From NCBI GenBank assembly GCA_951406725.2, contig OX597819.1, positions 44,454,001-44,518,000 on the forward strand: 64,000 nucleotides of DNA, in the 5' to 3' direction. Below are positions 25,757 to 40,420 of this stretch, piece by piece (the first letter of the stretch is position 1; each line of letters starts with the position of its first letter). The notes beneath the pieces were generated by a model, which did not search any database, was not told where the DNA came from, and was given only the letters and a program-made list of their open reading frames with translations. The position numbers and the translations under genes were made by a program. This DNA comes from Octopus vulgaris (lineage: Eukaryota).

Positions 25757-27947
25757 TATTATAGCAGCCACGGTGAAAATACACTTTGGATCATTCAGTT
25801 TGAATAATATTTTCGGAATAAAGAGCCGAAATATTTGAAGATTACGTCCTTAATAAGGACACAAGTTGCAACAACCATCACAATTATCAAATTTTCTTTT
25901 TTATCGGAGTAATATAAAGTTTTTACTTGTGAGTGGTGAACATACCGCTAATTTAAAGGCTACAAAGAAATCACACGCTGAATATAGTAATAATAATTTA
26001 TAACCACATAAAGTTAAGCTTAAAATTCTTATTGCACATCTTGTAGCGAAGGTTTGCTTTCAATTTCAGACTAGAGTTTCTTTAAATGGGAATTACACAA
26101 CAGCGAGTTTGTGAGGACAGCAAGTTACTTGGCATAGGAAGAAGGGAGATATTTGGGGACAAAAGGCAGGGGTTTATATCGTCACCTAAATCTAATGACT
26201 AATGTGTATTTTTTATATTGTCTGAAAAATGAAAGGCAAACTCAGATTTGAACTCAAAATGTAAAATGATGTAACTAAATTCCGCAAGGTATTTTGTCCG
26301 ATGCTCAACTAACACTGCTCTCCAGCGTATACATGCATACAAACATACACCCCACACACATATGTGGGACAATTATATACATAAATATATATATATATAT
26401 ATGTATGTATATGTATGCATGAGTGTGTGTGTAAGTATGCATGTGTGAAAGTGTGAGCATGTGTATATTTGTGCACGCGCGTGTGTTAAATGCGACCAGT
26501 ATTGTTGAAATGAATAACATTTGCATTTCCTTCCATGGCAATTTCCATTACCATTGAAAATTCTCTGTAACCCGATAAGGAAATCTCCTAGCTACACAGA
26601 AAATCAACAATGTTTTGTTTACAAGAATAACCACTTAATCTATAGAGATAAGCATTAATTCCTCATTTCCGAAAAAAAAATATTCTAAATAAAAGTATAA
26701 AAAAAAGGTACATAATCGATTAGGATCGATTATCTTCACTGCGTGTTATCATAGATCCGATTCGTCCACATATATCGTTTACTTATTATTATAGGTTTCT
26801 GTTTATACGGCTGCTTTGTTTTTCTTCTTTTTCCAAACATCTAATTGATTGGCCGTTATACCGTCCAGCGCCAAAGCAAGCAAGCAAAAGCTTTATTTAG
26901 TTATTTATATACTTGTTTATTTTTGTATTGAAAGCAAAGAGTGGCTGCATTCTTGCTATGTTGAATTGTCCAAGACTATATGTCGAGGGAAGAGAGAGAA
27001 AGAGAAGGTAGAAAGAGAGAGAGATAGAGAGTGAGAGAGTAACAACAACACGGGTAGTTATGTTGGTTTCTGTAGAGTAGTAACCGGCTTCACTAACAGC
27101 AACAACAACTACAATAGCAAGAATAATTAGCAACCGAGTAAGCCTCTCTAAGATACCACTCAAATGGCTACCAAATGGTCGCCAAATGGTTGATAAACCT
27201 GTTTCCAAATCGTATAAAACCATCTCAAAAATGAAAGGATGCGCTGAATTTATTGGTACTAGGTATAGTATACTGCAAAAAAAAAAAAAAATTATTAAAT
27301 GTGGTGGTGGACAGGTCTGTTCCCCACCCACCGATTTCCAAATGGTATTGATTTGTTTACTTCCCTGTAACTTAGAGGTTCGTCGTATGAGAGCGTTAGA
27401 GTCAGTACTAGACTTTAGTTGTAAGTACTGGGAGTGATTTGTAAAACCCTTCAAGGCTGTGCTCGCAGTCAAATGACTGAGAAGATAAAAGGTGACAACG
27501 GCTGGAATCCCTTTGATCATAAGCCTACCCTGCATATCTGGTTTACAAGTAATCAAAGACAACGATGCCAAAAACATCTTTGAGTGTTATCCGGTTATAA
27601 ATTATAGAAATCCAGGCATGTATCAATAACTACGAACGGTAGATACATAGCTAAACGTGAGACGTAATCAATTTGGGAGATGCATGTGACACACACACAC
27701 ACACACTTGCATACATTCACAAACACACATGCAATAGAGTAATATACACACACGTTGTTTTTCTTTTTTTTTTACCATACGTTAGCTTCTGCCACTGGAC
27801 TAGGACCATCATGTGGTGGTGTTCAATTTTTCACTTCATGGCATTGCAACTGAAAACTGATTTCAGTTTAGTAATTATTTTATCGAATTCTGTTTGCCAA
27901 ATAGCTACGTAACGGGACACCTCAATCGCATGAACTACACCTGATTT

Positions 27948-28023
<76 letters not shown>

Positions 28024-28068
28024 CACAGACACGAAAGCACACACAAGTAAAACAGTAAAAAGAGTAAA

Positions 28069-28275
28069 GACTCCCTTTCGGTTATGAATGACCATGGGAC
28101 TGCACCAAGAAAGTTCCCTCCAAATCACAAGTCCGGGGAAGGCTGTTTATGGAAGACTATCAGTCGCCCATGCATACCAGCCTCGCCCCTCCACGCCACC
28201 GATGTTACCCAGGGTAATGAAAAGACCGATACAGCCGCCCGGTCCGGGAATCGAACCCACCATCACATGATTGTA
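28069..28275 (-). mobile_element. SINE family D (tRNA head remnant plus RTE-like body)
   Basis: Homologous to 56584-56779; B-box remnant GGGTTCGATTCCC on the minus strand. The RTE relationship is recalled, not tested. Confidence 0.65.
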
Positions 28276-28377
28276 TATAAGTATATATCTATAAGGAAGA
28301 GCTGACAAATCAAACATCCATGATTTTCATGCCACTAGGCATTCAACCGATGGTTTCAAAATATCTGAAGCAGTCTA

Positions 28378-28462
28378 CAGTAGTCTCTCGACTATCGCGG
28401 GTATTACGTTCCAAACCGCCCCGCGATGGACGAACAGCGATATGGCAAGGGATTACTGTACT
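28378..28462 (+). mobile_element. Tigger/pogo-like MITE terminal fragment
   Basis: TA-CAGTAGTCTCTCGACTATCGCGGG..TTACGTTCC..CCCCGCGAT resembles Tigger-type MITE ends; no matching other end found. Confidence 0.5.
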
Positions 28463-28614
28463 GATAAGTTTTGTATGCGTTGGTTGCGCATGTGCATAGG
28501 ATTTTAGCATAGAACAAGTAACGTTTCTCTAGTTAGCGAATTACATCTTTCCAACTCAAGAAGGGGGTTGGCATATGTGTTAGTAGTCGAAAAATACCAT
28601 TTTTGATAGTAATA

Positions 28615-29135
28615 CTAGTTAGAGCATTTTAAATGATATACGTATTCTGTGTGCTTACTTTTGTAGTGAGGCCCAATGGATATCAGATTTGCTTGTTTTT
28701 TTAGCTTGGAAAATAAAAATGGACGACTCTGTAAAACAGTAGTTCTCAACCAGGGCCCATATGGCCCCTGAAGATCCATATATTATTTTGTGGACTCCGC
28801 AGGACAATATAGTAAATTGCGGACCAGCAATAGTATTTTAAGGGCCCCTGGAAAAAATTTGCTTTAGATGTATGTATTGGTATACATTGTAAGGATCAAA
28901 ATAGGAATTTTGAAAGAAGTTTCTATAAAACTAGTTTTAGACATCGAATGGCTACGGGAGTCCACCAGAATAAAATAGTAATCAAAGGGGTCCGTAGATG
29001 AAAAAAAAAATGGGGGTTGAGAACCCATGCTGTAAAAGTATATTTGAAAGGCAGTTAACTTTGAAATACAGGAGAAAATGAATATCATATTCATTCTCTC
29101 CTGTATATGTACATCATTTAAAATGTTCTAACTAG
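28615..29135. mobile_element. Unclassified inverted-repeat-bounded element hosting the hAT MITE
   Basis: 30-bp inverted repeats at 28615-28644 and 29106-29135, 27/30 match. Confidence 0.5.
28737..29029. mobile_element. hAT (Charlie-type) MITE
   Basis: TIRs CAGTAGTTCTCAACC and GGTTGAGAACCCATG; perfect 8-bp TSD CTGTAAAA at 28729-36 and 29030-37. Confidence 0.88.
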
Positions 29136-29143
29136 ATATATCT

Positions 29144-29373
29144 GTTTCTTTATTACCCACAAGGGACTGAACATAGAGGGGACAAACAAGGACAGACAAA
29201 CGGATTATGTCGATTACATCGACCCCAGTACGTAACTGGTACTTAATTTATCGACCCCGAAAGGATGAAAGGCAAAGTCGACCTCAGCGGAATTTGAACT
29301 CAGAACGTAACGGCAGACGAAATACGGCTACGCATTTCGCCCGGCGTACTAACGGTTCTGCCAGCTCGCCGCC
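29144..29373 (-). mobile_element. SINE family A, young full-length copy
   Basis: Complete head, core and tail; TSD CTAACTAGATA(T/A)ATC on both flanks. Confidence 0.92.
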
Positions 29374-30211
29374 TAACTAGATAAATCACTATGTGATATA
29401 TCTCCATAAAATGTGGCTAACATGTTTCTATCTCCAATTAGCTAGAAGCTTCTTTCCGATCTATCTACAGTTACTGAAACGTCTCAGTCACACATTTAAA
29501 TAGCTACTAAGGCTTCTGAATATAAGATTCTTTTTCCACAACTTTCGAAAGCCAAGAAAATTATCTTCTCGATTTGAACATAGCTGACATCTTTCAAGAA
29601 TTTTCGGTTTGATGTTGAAGTAATATGTTTTCTTTTTTTTCTTTTTTTTTTCATGTCGATCTTTTGCTTCAATATTCTAAGCTTTAATTTAGCTTTAATT
29701 ATTTTTGCCACATAGTGCTAAATGTATATCAGCGTTAGAGGCAGTATTAATACCGGGAGGTGTTTTAATGTGGTAGTTACCATGAAAGAATCTCTCATTG
29801 GCTTTTGGCGCAAAATGCACTCCTGTTTATATCGATAGTAGAGAGACAAAAGACCCCGATCACTCCAGTACCGAGGCCACCAGATCATCTAATTTCGACT
29901 TTCTTCGGTCTTGTCAATAATGGACGCTGTTAAATACACCAGTCTCAGAGAGTTATCTGCCCTTAGCTGAGTGGCTAGCAAAATATTCAGTCCATTCTTG
30001 TGTCACCAGGTAAGAGACGAGCTGACAGAATCGTTAGCACGCTGGAGAAAATGGTTAGTGGCATTTCGTCTCTGACTTTATGCCCTGAGTTCAAATTCTG
30101 TAGAAGTCAACTTTGCTTTCATCCTTTTGGAGTTGATAAAATAAGTACCAGTGGAGCAATGGGATCGATGTAATCGGCTTACCTCTCCTCTCAGAAATTA
30201 CTGGAAATATA

Positions 30212-30441
30212 GGCGGCGGGCTGGCAGAATCGTTACACGCCGGGCGAAATACTTAGCCGTATTTCGTCTGTCTTTACGTTCTGAGTTCAAATTACGTCGA
30301 GGTCGACTTTGCCTTTCATCCTTTCGGGGTCGATAAGTTAAGTACCAGTTACGCACTGGGGTCGATATAATCGACTTAATCCCTTTGTCTGTCCTTGTTT
30401 GTCCTCTCTATGTTTAGCCCCTTGTGGGCAATAAAGAAATA
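30212..30441 (+). mobile_element. SINE family A, young full-length copy inserted in the tail of an older SINE A (30012-30480)
   Basis: TSD AGAAATTACTGG at 30193-30204 and 30442-30453. Confidence 0.92.
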
Positions 30442-31673
30442 AGAAATTACTGGCTCTCTGCCAAATTTTAAAACCATTATTATGTCAGCATTTTAAGGTG
30501 GTTAGTTAGTAGAACTGTTAGTACGCCGGACAAAATGCTTAGCTCAGATGTCAATGGGATCGACTTTACCGTTTACCGATTCGTCTTCTATAAGATAAGC
30601 ACCAATTGAGCACTGAGATCGATGTGATCGAACGATCCTCCCACCATGAATGTTTAACGGCATTTGATCTATCTTTACATTCGGAGTTCGAATTCTGCTG
30701 AGGTTGACTTTGCCTTTCATCTTTCGGAGTCGATAAAATAAGTACCAGTGGAGTACTGGTGTCGATGTAATCGACTCATCCCTTCTCCCACAAATATCAA
30801 GCCTTGTGCGTACAGTAGAAATAATTATTATGCTACCATTTTCCATGCGCGTTCTGTTGTCATAGAATCAATTTGTCGATGCTTTTTCTCTACGATAGAC
30901 CGACAGAATTTTAAGGTCTAAGACCATCTCATGAATGTTTACAAAGTTTGAGATTCTAGCTCTAGACTTCAAAATTACCATACCGTCACCATATCTCATA
31001 AATATTTTACAGATCACAGGCACTGTTAATCATGCGATTTTTGAACGCAGCGCGCTTTGATACAGAACAAAGTCTGTAAAACGATCGATCCAAAGTTTTA
31101 ATTATTCGGCCACTGCACTACCCTACTTTCAGAAATACCATGACTGAAAAATGAACACATTGCCCCTGCTAGGACAACTTTGATCATAGATCTGCTCCAA
31201 CAATGCTAAATTTTGGTTAAACAACATTAACAACATCTACAAGAACATCGACAACAACTTAATTGCGATAGAATTGTGACGGATTCAATAACATATACGA
31301 TAGATCTGATCATAAGTATTGATTTTAAGAAATTACAATTACATTTGTTAGAGTTTATATGCCGGTAGCGTCTCATTGGTTTGCTTTAGATATATCATGA
31401 CGCCTTATGCAATTATTTCACAAGAAGTAGTCTGAACGTCTCAGCGAAAACAAAAATATTTATTTATATAGAGAGCTTTCAGTTCACTGAATATTATAAA
31501 AAAAAAATATATATATATATATTCATGCACACACACAATTGCACACGCACACACATACAGGCAGACACACACAATGGCGCGCGCGCACAATCCTAAGTAA
31601 AATCCAAGTTGTTAATATGAACAATTATAAAAGTTTGATATTAGTAGTTTTCAGGGAATGTTTTTGTTGTATA

Positions 31674-31674
<1 letters not shown>

Positions 31675-31749
<75 letters not shown>

Positions 31750-31775
31750 ACACACACACACACACGCACACACAC
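31675..31775. repeat. (CA)n microsatellite
   Basis: Directly visible. Confidence 0.95.
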
Positions 31776-34700
31776 GCAAATTTAATGGACACTATATGGA
31801 TTTAACTAATCCGGTAGTACTCATAAAAAAGCTCTTCTCTTTTTTTATATTTTATATATGTGTGTGAGTGCGTGTGCAATGCGTATATAAATATATGTGT
31901 TTATATACATATGTATGCGCATAAATATATGTAAACATACACACACGCACACACATACACGCATATTACATCAAAGAATAATGCTATACCTTTTCGTAGA
32001 TTATATGTTCATTAAGCTTTTACAAGAAACGGGGTGACAGTGATTTCGAAGTTCCGGTCTGCTTCAGAGTGTACCCGGGCCTTACACAAGCATCTAAATC
32101 TCAGAATCCCAAAGAAATATGTGCTCTTAACGTAATTTCCAGGCAAGATATTCGTGATATACCTTTTATCTTTTACTTCTTTCAATCATTATACTGTGAC
32201 CATACTTGGGCACTGCCTTAAATTTTTAGCCAAATGACGGAAACACACCAACACACACACATATATATATATATGTATATATCTATCGGCTTTAATCTTA
32301 TTTGCACCAAGCACATACATTACATATATAGTTATTTCTTATATTCAGGTAAGAACTTAATCCTCATGTTTGAATATATAAATATTATAGTCTAACCTGA
32401 TACCAGGTGTTTGCCTTTTTTATACTTTTATTGTATCATACATGAACCTGTTCAATTGAGAAACCGCCTATATCCTATCGTTAATCAGCTATAATATCCC
32501 AGCTTTTTGTTGCAGTTCAAGATGGAGTTCTAGGCAGTTAGACAACCTGAGCACTAGTTCTATGTACCTATTAAGGTATGCGTGTATGCTGAAAATGCCT
32601 CACTGAGTGACGACCATGCCCTGCATATTGTATATTTACGGGCTGACATTTAGCAAGGCATAGCATCCGTTCAACCATTCTTCCAGGGATACGGCTGGAG
32701 AGGTAGCGAAAGAGCTCAATTGAGCCAACGGTGCTTGTTACGTTGGTGCTGAGCGGAAAAGTCCTAGAAGATCAAGTTATATCAAGAGGTCAACAGTAAC
32801 ACATCCATAGGTAATTGTGTGTTTAGCTAATGAAAGATTACTATGACTCAAGCTCTCAATTGAAATCCTTAATAACGGAATTGGATGGCGACAGAAGGTC
32901 ACGGGAATCCGCGAAAGCAGCGAAAGAAGAATTACCTTACACTATCAGACGTAATATTACCTAAGTAAATACATATATCGCGTCCAGTTTCTTGCCTTTG
33001 ATCTTAATGCAAGGAGGATCTGAAGTGTTATGTCTCTTGACTCGTGTCTTCTTGAGACTGAGTGAGAGAAGAAATCGCTAAACAAGCTCTTGAGAATCCG
33101 TCTATAATGGCTTATAAGCCGTTTGTTGTGATTGAAGAGATGCAGCATCACCAGTAAAGAACATAGCTTCAATTGAAACTTTCTCTTACGTTGAAGAAGA
33201 CATCAGTGGGTGGCGGCTCTCACTTCTCTGGACATAGATCTGTCATTATGCACAGTGTTCATCGTGTCATCATAGGACTTCATTAATGCTTGGCATCTTA
33301 AAGTTGGCCTCAGCAATATGTTTCCGAAGCAATTACTTTCTTTAGCTACCCTTCTATATTTATGTCTTAAATCACTGGGGCATTGTATATATCAGATTAG
33401 TAGCCAGAATAATTTAGAATTACCTATAAACTAGTGGTAAGGCTTTCTAGTACTGGTAAGAAAGACTAGTGGGCATAGGGTTGATACTATATGTTTGTAG
33501 GAAAGAGTCATCGTTTATAATATATTATATTGTTTGGCGAGAAATCTCAATTATATAGCGATAAATTTTATTGCACTCTGTTGAATAGAAAATAATATCC
33601 CAACCTATGAGAGAGCTCCTACATTGTCACTCAAGTTGCTGGTAATAAGAGTCAAACCATCAAATCACACCTTACTATGTTAATGTGAAAGTATACATTG
33701 GATAACATTTACGCCGAGACACTATGTTTGGAAATAAAAGAGGGAGTATCCACGAATGGAAAGCCTTTGAAGACAGAGCCGACCGATTAGGTCTGACCCG
33801 GTGTAATAAAACCAACTGCAACAGCAACGACAAAAAGAGCCGATTGGAGAGATTCTATTCAATCGTTTTACCTGCTCGTAGCCAGCGGAAAATCATATCC
33901 AACCATCTTAAAAAGGGAAGAACGCAATAGACAATACAATCAAAAGTACTTTGTGTCTAAAAACCAAAAGTGGGGATCGTCCTGACTAGAACGCATTTGT
34001 GATAGACCGAAACTAAATATCAACAATTGTCTGTCGACCTCAGATTTATTTTTAGAAGTTGCTATTGTATGCTTCTGGTTCTGTGTAATTTTAAGTTTAT
34101 TTCCTGACAAGCGACAAGAGATTTCAGACGGTACTTAATTATTATTCCTGTAACTTTGAGCAGAGAGACAGAAAGAGTGGAGAAAGAGAATGAATCTTTT
34201 ATTGCATAGCGAGATCGTCTGCCTTGAGTAACTTTTGTAATTACGTTTGCAATCATTTCTTCAGGTTTGTAAAAACAGAAATGTAAAATTCCGCATCTTG
34301 CCCACAGTCACAGCAATAAGCTCACGGCCACAACAACACTGACCACATTGAATGATATATATACATAGATACACACGCACAAATCTGCATATATATCTAT
34401 ACCCCTCCCCCCCCCACACACACACAAATACAGATGGACAGATAGATAGACAGACATGTACGTTGTCAAAGATAAGAAGCTAATGTGATTGATGTTCGTA
34501 CCAATTTCGTGTCAGTGTAATGGTGAACATGATACGGTTGTGTGTTGTCTGTAATGACTCTAACAACTGCCGACAAATAATCACAAAGCGTAAGTCATTA
34601 AGAAACAGGGAGAATAGGTTACAAGTAGAACGGTAAATGGGGCAAATGATAAAGTGTACTATTAAAGGACAAGGAAATTCATCTTATGCGAGGATGAGTG

Positions 34701-37482
34701 AAATTTGGGATTTAAATAAAAAAAAACGTTTTAAATTACGAAATTAAAATTTTCTTGCCAAATATCAACGTTTTACGTGCCTTTATTGACTTTATTAATA
34801 TTTTATTTTATTTAAACTCCAGACGATAAAATTCAAATTCGATAAAATTTTGAACGTAAATATAAATTGATTTTTTGCGCAATAAACGACCCGCTACATT
34901 TAATGAACCATCTGTTTCATATTTGACTAAGAGATCTGCTAAGTTTAAACTATTCATTGGCCTATATTGTTGCTGTTTCGATCCAGATCACTCCTGATGC
35001 TGCAGGCCTATACTAAAAGGTATCCCCAACCTGGATGAATCTGTGTTTGCTTCAGACACATACTGTATTTTCAGGTGCCTAGTATACCACATTTTCCTAG
35101 ATCTCGAAAATTTACTGTGCCTCCCAGGGAGCAAAAATTACGCCTTTCGTAAGCCAGTTTCAAGCCTAAATAAGGGTTATCTAAGTTTAACTTACGGTTC
35201 CTCCATATTGCAAAACTAATAGTCATTAATTCATGCTATGTGTTCGACATGTAAGAAATCGAATGAGAGTTGAGCAACAGGTCTTTGAAGAAGAAGTTTC
35301 CCCTTATGCAAGTGTTTCGGTATCTAGGTCATGACTCCTTGCTACCTCCTGCTGTTGTACTTATTGCTACACGTTTGCGTATAGGCAGCACATTACTGGG
35401 TGGTCAAGGTGCTCCAGAGACAAGGTACCTTGGAAGCCGTAACCACTTCGGTCTGAGACATCAGTTGAATGAAGGGTAAACTATACTATGTGAAGTTCCC
35501 TTTTCAGAGCAGATCCAATTGGAACACTTCTTGGCTGCTTCTGATCTTGTCTTTAGAACTTTAGTCCACTTTTGAACTCACATCATAAAGAGCCGGAAGA
35601 AAAATACATTGGTATTTTTCCGACGTTCTACCAAATCTAACAGATAGGTATTTTAGTTTTCGTTGTTTACAATGGTTCCTGCAACTTTGAGGACAGGGTT
35701 TGGTCAATCCCAGTACTCGACTTACTTTACTTTGTTGAAGCCGAAAGGATAAAAATATAAAGTTCAGCGGGATTTGAACTTAATACATAAGGAACCAGAA
35801 GAACGCCCTGAAAGTACTTTTTCTACTGTTCTAACAATTCTGCCACCGTGTCACCTTTTTCACTTTGCTAATAATTTTCAGAAATATATCACAGGCTTAC
35901 TGTGAGTCCATTCAATGTAGCACAGTGGTCTGTATATTAACAGATAAGCAAGAAAGAGCAACAAATTCTAATTTAAATGACATCTAGCCATGTAAAATAA
36001 GAAAGAGCGATATATAACAGTAAGAAATCAAGTAACCCTATTTTCAAAGACACTCCATGAATAATGACTGTAATTTTGTATACTGGCACAGATGCCTAAA
36101 GAAAGAGTTTGTATGTTTGAATATGATTGATTGAATCGATCGCAGCATATTACTGGTACAAACTTTATAGACAATGAAGGAAAAACAAAGCAAAACAATG
36201 AAACTGAACTTCTAATGAAGACAAAGGAAATTAAATATTGTATGTCATTCCGACCATCGATGCGCCATTTATACCAACCAGTTCATTTTATAATTTTTAG
36301 TGCAAAAAGACTGAATTGTTATATTCACTTCTCGAACGTTACTTGAAATATCGTCGTAAATACAAACTGTGTTTATTTTCATGTCAAAATATGAAATAAG
36401 TGTCAAACATTTTGAACTCTATAACTTTTAATTATCTTAAACTGGACTAAATTAGCCCGAATAAGACTATTAATTTAACAGAACTTGCTAAATTAACTGA
36501 AATAGAAAAGAAAAGAAAAACATATATGACTCAGCTGCTAGAGTAAAGGTTAACCTGTCTAGAGGTCAGCAGTTCGTATCCAGTCTAGTCCAATTAATGC
36601 TCTGTCGTGTGCCTGTGACAAAGCATTTAACTATAAATTATCGATTCAGAACATCTTGTTGAAAATGGGCACTGAGAATAAGAATGACCTCTTGCTCTGT
36701 CGAATGTTTCTTACAAGGAGTGGGTAACAAGTTGAGGTTGAAAAAGAAGTGAAACAATTACCATGATTAATCTTTTCTACTGTACGAAGAAGGGCCGAAA
36801 TCGAGTGAGTCGATTACATCAACTGATACTCATTTCATCGACTCCAAAATGAATGAAAAGCAAAGTCAGCTTTGGTGACATTTGAACTCAGAACGTGAAG
36901 ACGGGCGAAATTCCATTCAGCTTTTTTTTTTCAGGTGTGCTAACGATTCTGCCAGCTCACTTTCCGACTTTTAGACATGACCAACACTATAACGAAGGAA
37001 GACGAGTTATATGGATATAAATTATTTATTCCCGTTAATGGGTGCAAAGCAATATCCCAGATATGTTTGGTGGAATGGGGTGAGAGACTGGTATTTATTA
37101 GTTTGAGAACTCTGCTTAGGAACAACGGCGAAACTAAAACTGACTACTGGTTCGTTAACTTGAAGTGCTAGGATCAAATCATCCAATTGTAGTGTAGAAG
37201 GCATTTATCTGCATAGACTCATCTTAGTTTGACTCACATTGTTCCGATTCACCATTTGGACTTGAGTACAAGTTGATGTTACACTGTTTGATATAGTGTG
37301 TTATCTTTTGCATCAAGTGGGCATCTACGTCGATTCCCAGGAGAAGGTAGTCGAGTAATACCTTAAAAGCCTACATCCCAGTTCGCCGGATTACGGATGG
37401 CAACATCCATCTCCAGCATTTTCCTACACCTTACGCGCATATAAACAGAGTCATGTCTACTCACACATGCACAATATATATG

Positions 37483-37550
<68 letters not shown>

Positions 37551-37649
37551 TAATCCAAACATGAAAGCACAAAAAAAAAACACAACAACGCGAGGACGTG
37601 GAACAAATATAGTATTATTGGACGCTCAGGAAAGAAGGAAAGAAGGAGG

Positions 37650-37684
37650 GTCCAACGTTTCGAGCGGAGCTCTTCGTCAGAAAC
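37650..37684 (-). ncRNA. Putative minimal hammerhead ribozyme variant in a Penelope-like relic (~37560-37760)
   Basis: Minus strand GTTT-CTGACGA-A-GAGC-TCC-GCTC-GAA-ACGT-T-GGAC. Core with one extra A, 4-bp stem II, palindromic ACGT stem III, weak stem I. Confidence 0.5.
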
Positions 37685-37952
37685 ATAGGAAAGGAATGAT
37701 CCAGAGAAGGGAAGACGGAGGAAAAAAAATCGCCAACTGTACATACGCGGTCACATTTTGAATGTGATATATATGTTTTATATATATACTTTCTTAATAA
37801 AGCTGAAAAGACATCACACTCACAAAAAATAACTTACTCTGAGTAAGAATTTTTGTGATATCTTTGCAACTTTATCAATAAAGCATATTACTCTACCTCT
37901 AGTGTTTGAGTACTATTTACTCCACCTTGTTTCACATTTATGTCCTTACTCT

Positions 37953-37996
<44 letters not shown>

Positions 37997-39014
37997 AAAA
38001 TAGTAAGGGATTATGAATCCGGGCAAAATACTTTCTTTAGTTAATAGATGCAGAGATTTAGTCAGACGATGAAGGGCAGTAACCACACCTCTTACAGACC
38101 CTGTTAGACTGATTATAGTAAGACAGTTGATGCCTAACATGATGATTTATAGGTTAATGCCATCAAAATATTATTGATGGAGAGGGAACCAAAGTGTGCT
38201 CTGAATGCGAAACGACCCCAGTAACTAAGGAGTGGAAGTTAAATGGAGCGATGTGTTAAGCTTGCAAAACTGATTTCATAATGCTGTTGTTATTTTGACC
38301 TACGCCAGTGCGCTTGTCAAGCGGCCCCAATTAAAAGCATTTCTATCACATCTATTTTCTAGGTATTGCATACCTAGAACTATATTATTCAGTATACCAT
38401 TGTCTCCACTTTTTAAGGGCAGTGTATTATTAAAACAGTGTTTCCTATCCAGGTGTAAGTCCCCTACGAAAGGGGACTGAAATTCATTTCAGCGGGTATC
38501 TACCACTCAGTACCACAATTAAAGGTTGAAGGAAGAATACTATCTGATTCGGTATGCCATCAGAGTTGGTAAATTGGAGAACTTACAAAATCTTCGAATA
38601 CATAACATTAGAATAACTCCCCGACTGTTACTTATTGCTGATAACGCATCTGCGATGAGATACCCACGGAGATCGGACCGCCCATCATACTTATAAACAT
38701 GGCCACCTTGGTTTTGTTGGGTGTTTAAATTGTAGTAAGGGTGGTAGTAGTACTAGTGGTGAAGTGCCAAAAGTAATTTGTATCTCCAAGTTCACCAAAA
38801 GATGTAAAATATGTGTACCAGTTCAACTAGTAAGTTCAGTGTAAAGCTGAGAATATTGTCGCGACAATCTAACAAGGTAAACATATTAAAACGGTTATAC
38901 CGACTTCTTTTGATCGTTCTGATGATTTAGAAATATGTGTACGTAGCTAAATACACACAAACACACATCACGTACGCGCGCACACACGCACATACACACA
39001 TAACAGTGTATAGA

Positions 39015-39249
39015 ATATATATATATATATATATAAATATATATATAAATGTATATTGATATATATATATATATATATATATATGTATACGTACTTGAAA
39101 GTAGTGTACATATACTGTATATATGTACATATATATATATATATACATATATAATATATATATACATATATATATATATACATACATATATACCTACATA
39201 TATATACATATATATACATATATATATATAATATATATATACATACATA

Positions 39250-39290
<41 letters not shown>

Positions 39291-39397
39291 ATACATACAT
39301 ATATATACATGCATATATATACACACATATACATATATACATATACATACATACATATACATACGTACATATACATATATGCATACACATACACACA

Positions 39398-39451
<54 letters not shown>

Positions 39452-39543
39452 GAGAGAGAGAGATTGATAGATAGAAGTACATGCACTGTATATAAACGCG
39501 TATTCATGAATATATACATATATACATTTATGCTTATAGTATA

Positions 39544-39600
<57 letters not shown>

Positions 39601-39640
39601 TACATATGCGCATACAGTATATACACAGTATACATACACA
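39015..39640. repeat. Long degenerate (TA)/(TACA)/(CA) microsatellite block
   Basis: Directly visible. Confidence 0.95.
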
Positions 39641-39953
39641 CGTATTTGCGAATGCGTGCGTGTGCATATGTGTGTAGGTATAGACACACACCTATATAAG
39701 GGCAGACGTATTAAGTGATGCCACCTGCAACCTCCCCCTTAGACTTTCATTATCGAATACCACACAAAACGGCCTCTTTCTTTTCTCGTTTCCTTGTGTC
39801 CTCCCACTGTTATTTTTTGCTTTTCTCTTTTCTCTTCACTCATTTTTTCTCTTCTTGCTCCATATTGTTACTTATGTTTTTCTTTTCTTCATTTGCACAC
39901 TGACGTAATTACAAATTACACACGTATGTAAATCGAATATATATATATATGTA

Positions 39954-40350
39954 GGCGCAGGAGTGGCTGTGTGGTAAGTAGCTTGCTTACCAACCACATG
40001 GTTCCGGGTTCAGTCCCACTGCGTGGTACCTTGGGCAAGTGTCTTCTACTATAGCCTCGGGCCGACCAAAGCCTTGTGAGTGGATTTGGTAGACGGAAAC
40101 TGAAAGAAGTCCGTCGTATATATGTATATATATATAAATGCGTGTGTGTGTCTGTGTTTGTCCCCCTAGCATTGCTTGACAACCGATGCTGGTGTGTTTA
40201 TGTCCCCGTTACTTAGCGGTTCGGCAAAAAGAGACCGATAGAATAAGTACTGGGCTTACAAAAGAATAAGTCCCGGGGTCGAGTTGCTCGATTAAAGGCT
40301 GTGCTCCAGCATGGCCGCAGTCAAATGACTGAAACAAGTAAAAGAGTAAA

Positions 40351-40352
<2 letters not shown>
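39954..40352 (+). mobile_element. SINE family B, full length
   Basis: Best-preserved copy; used as the in-window reference for the split copy at 44912/51332. Confidence 0.92.
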
Positions 40353-40391
<39 letters not shown>

Positions 40392-40420
40392 CACACACAC
40401 ATAAAAGAATTACATGAGAA

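Noticed and set aside
26897-27577. 226-aa minus-strand ORF
   Set aside because: Crosses a decayed SINE, a poly-A run and a GA microsatellite; no recognisable domain.
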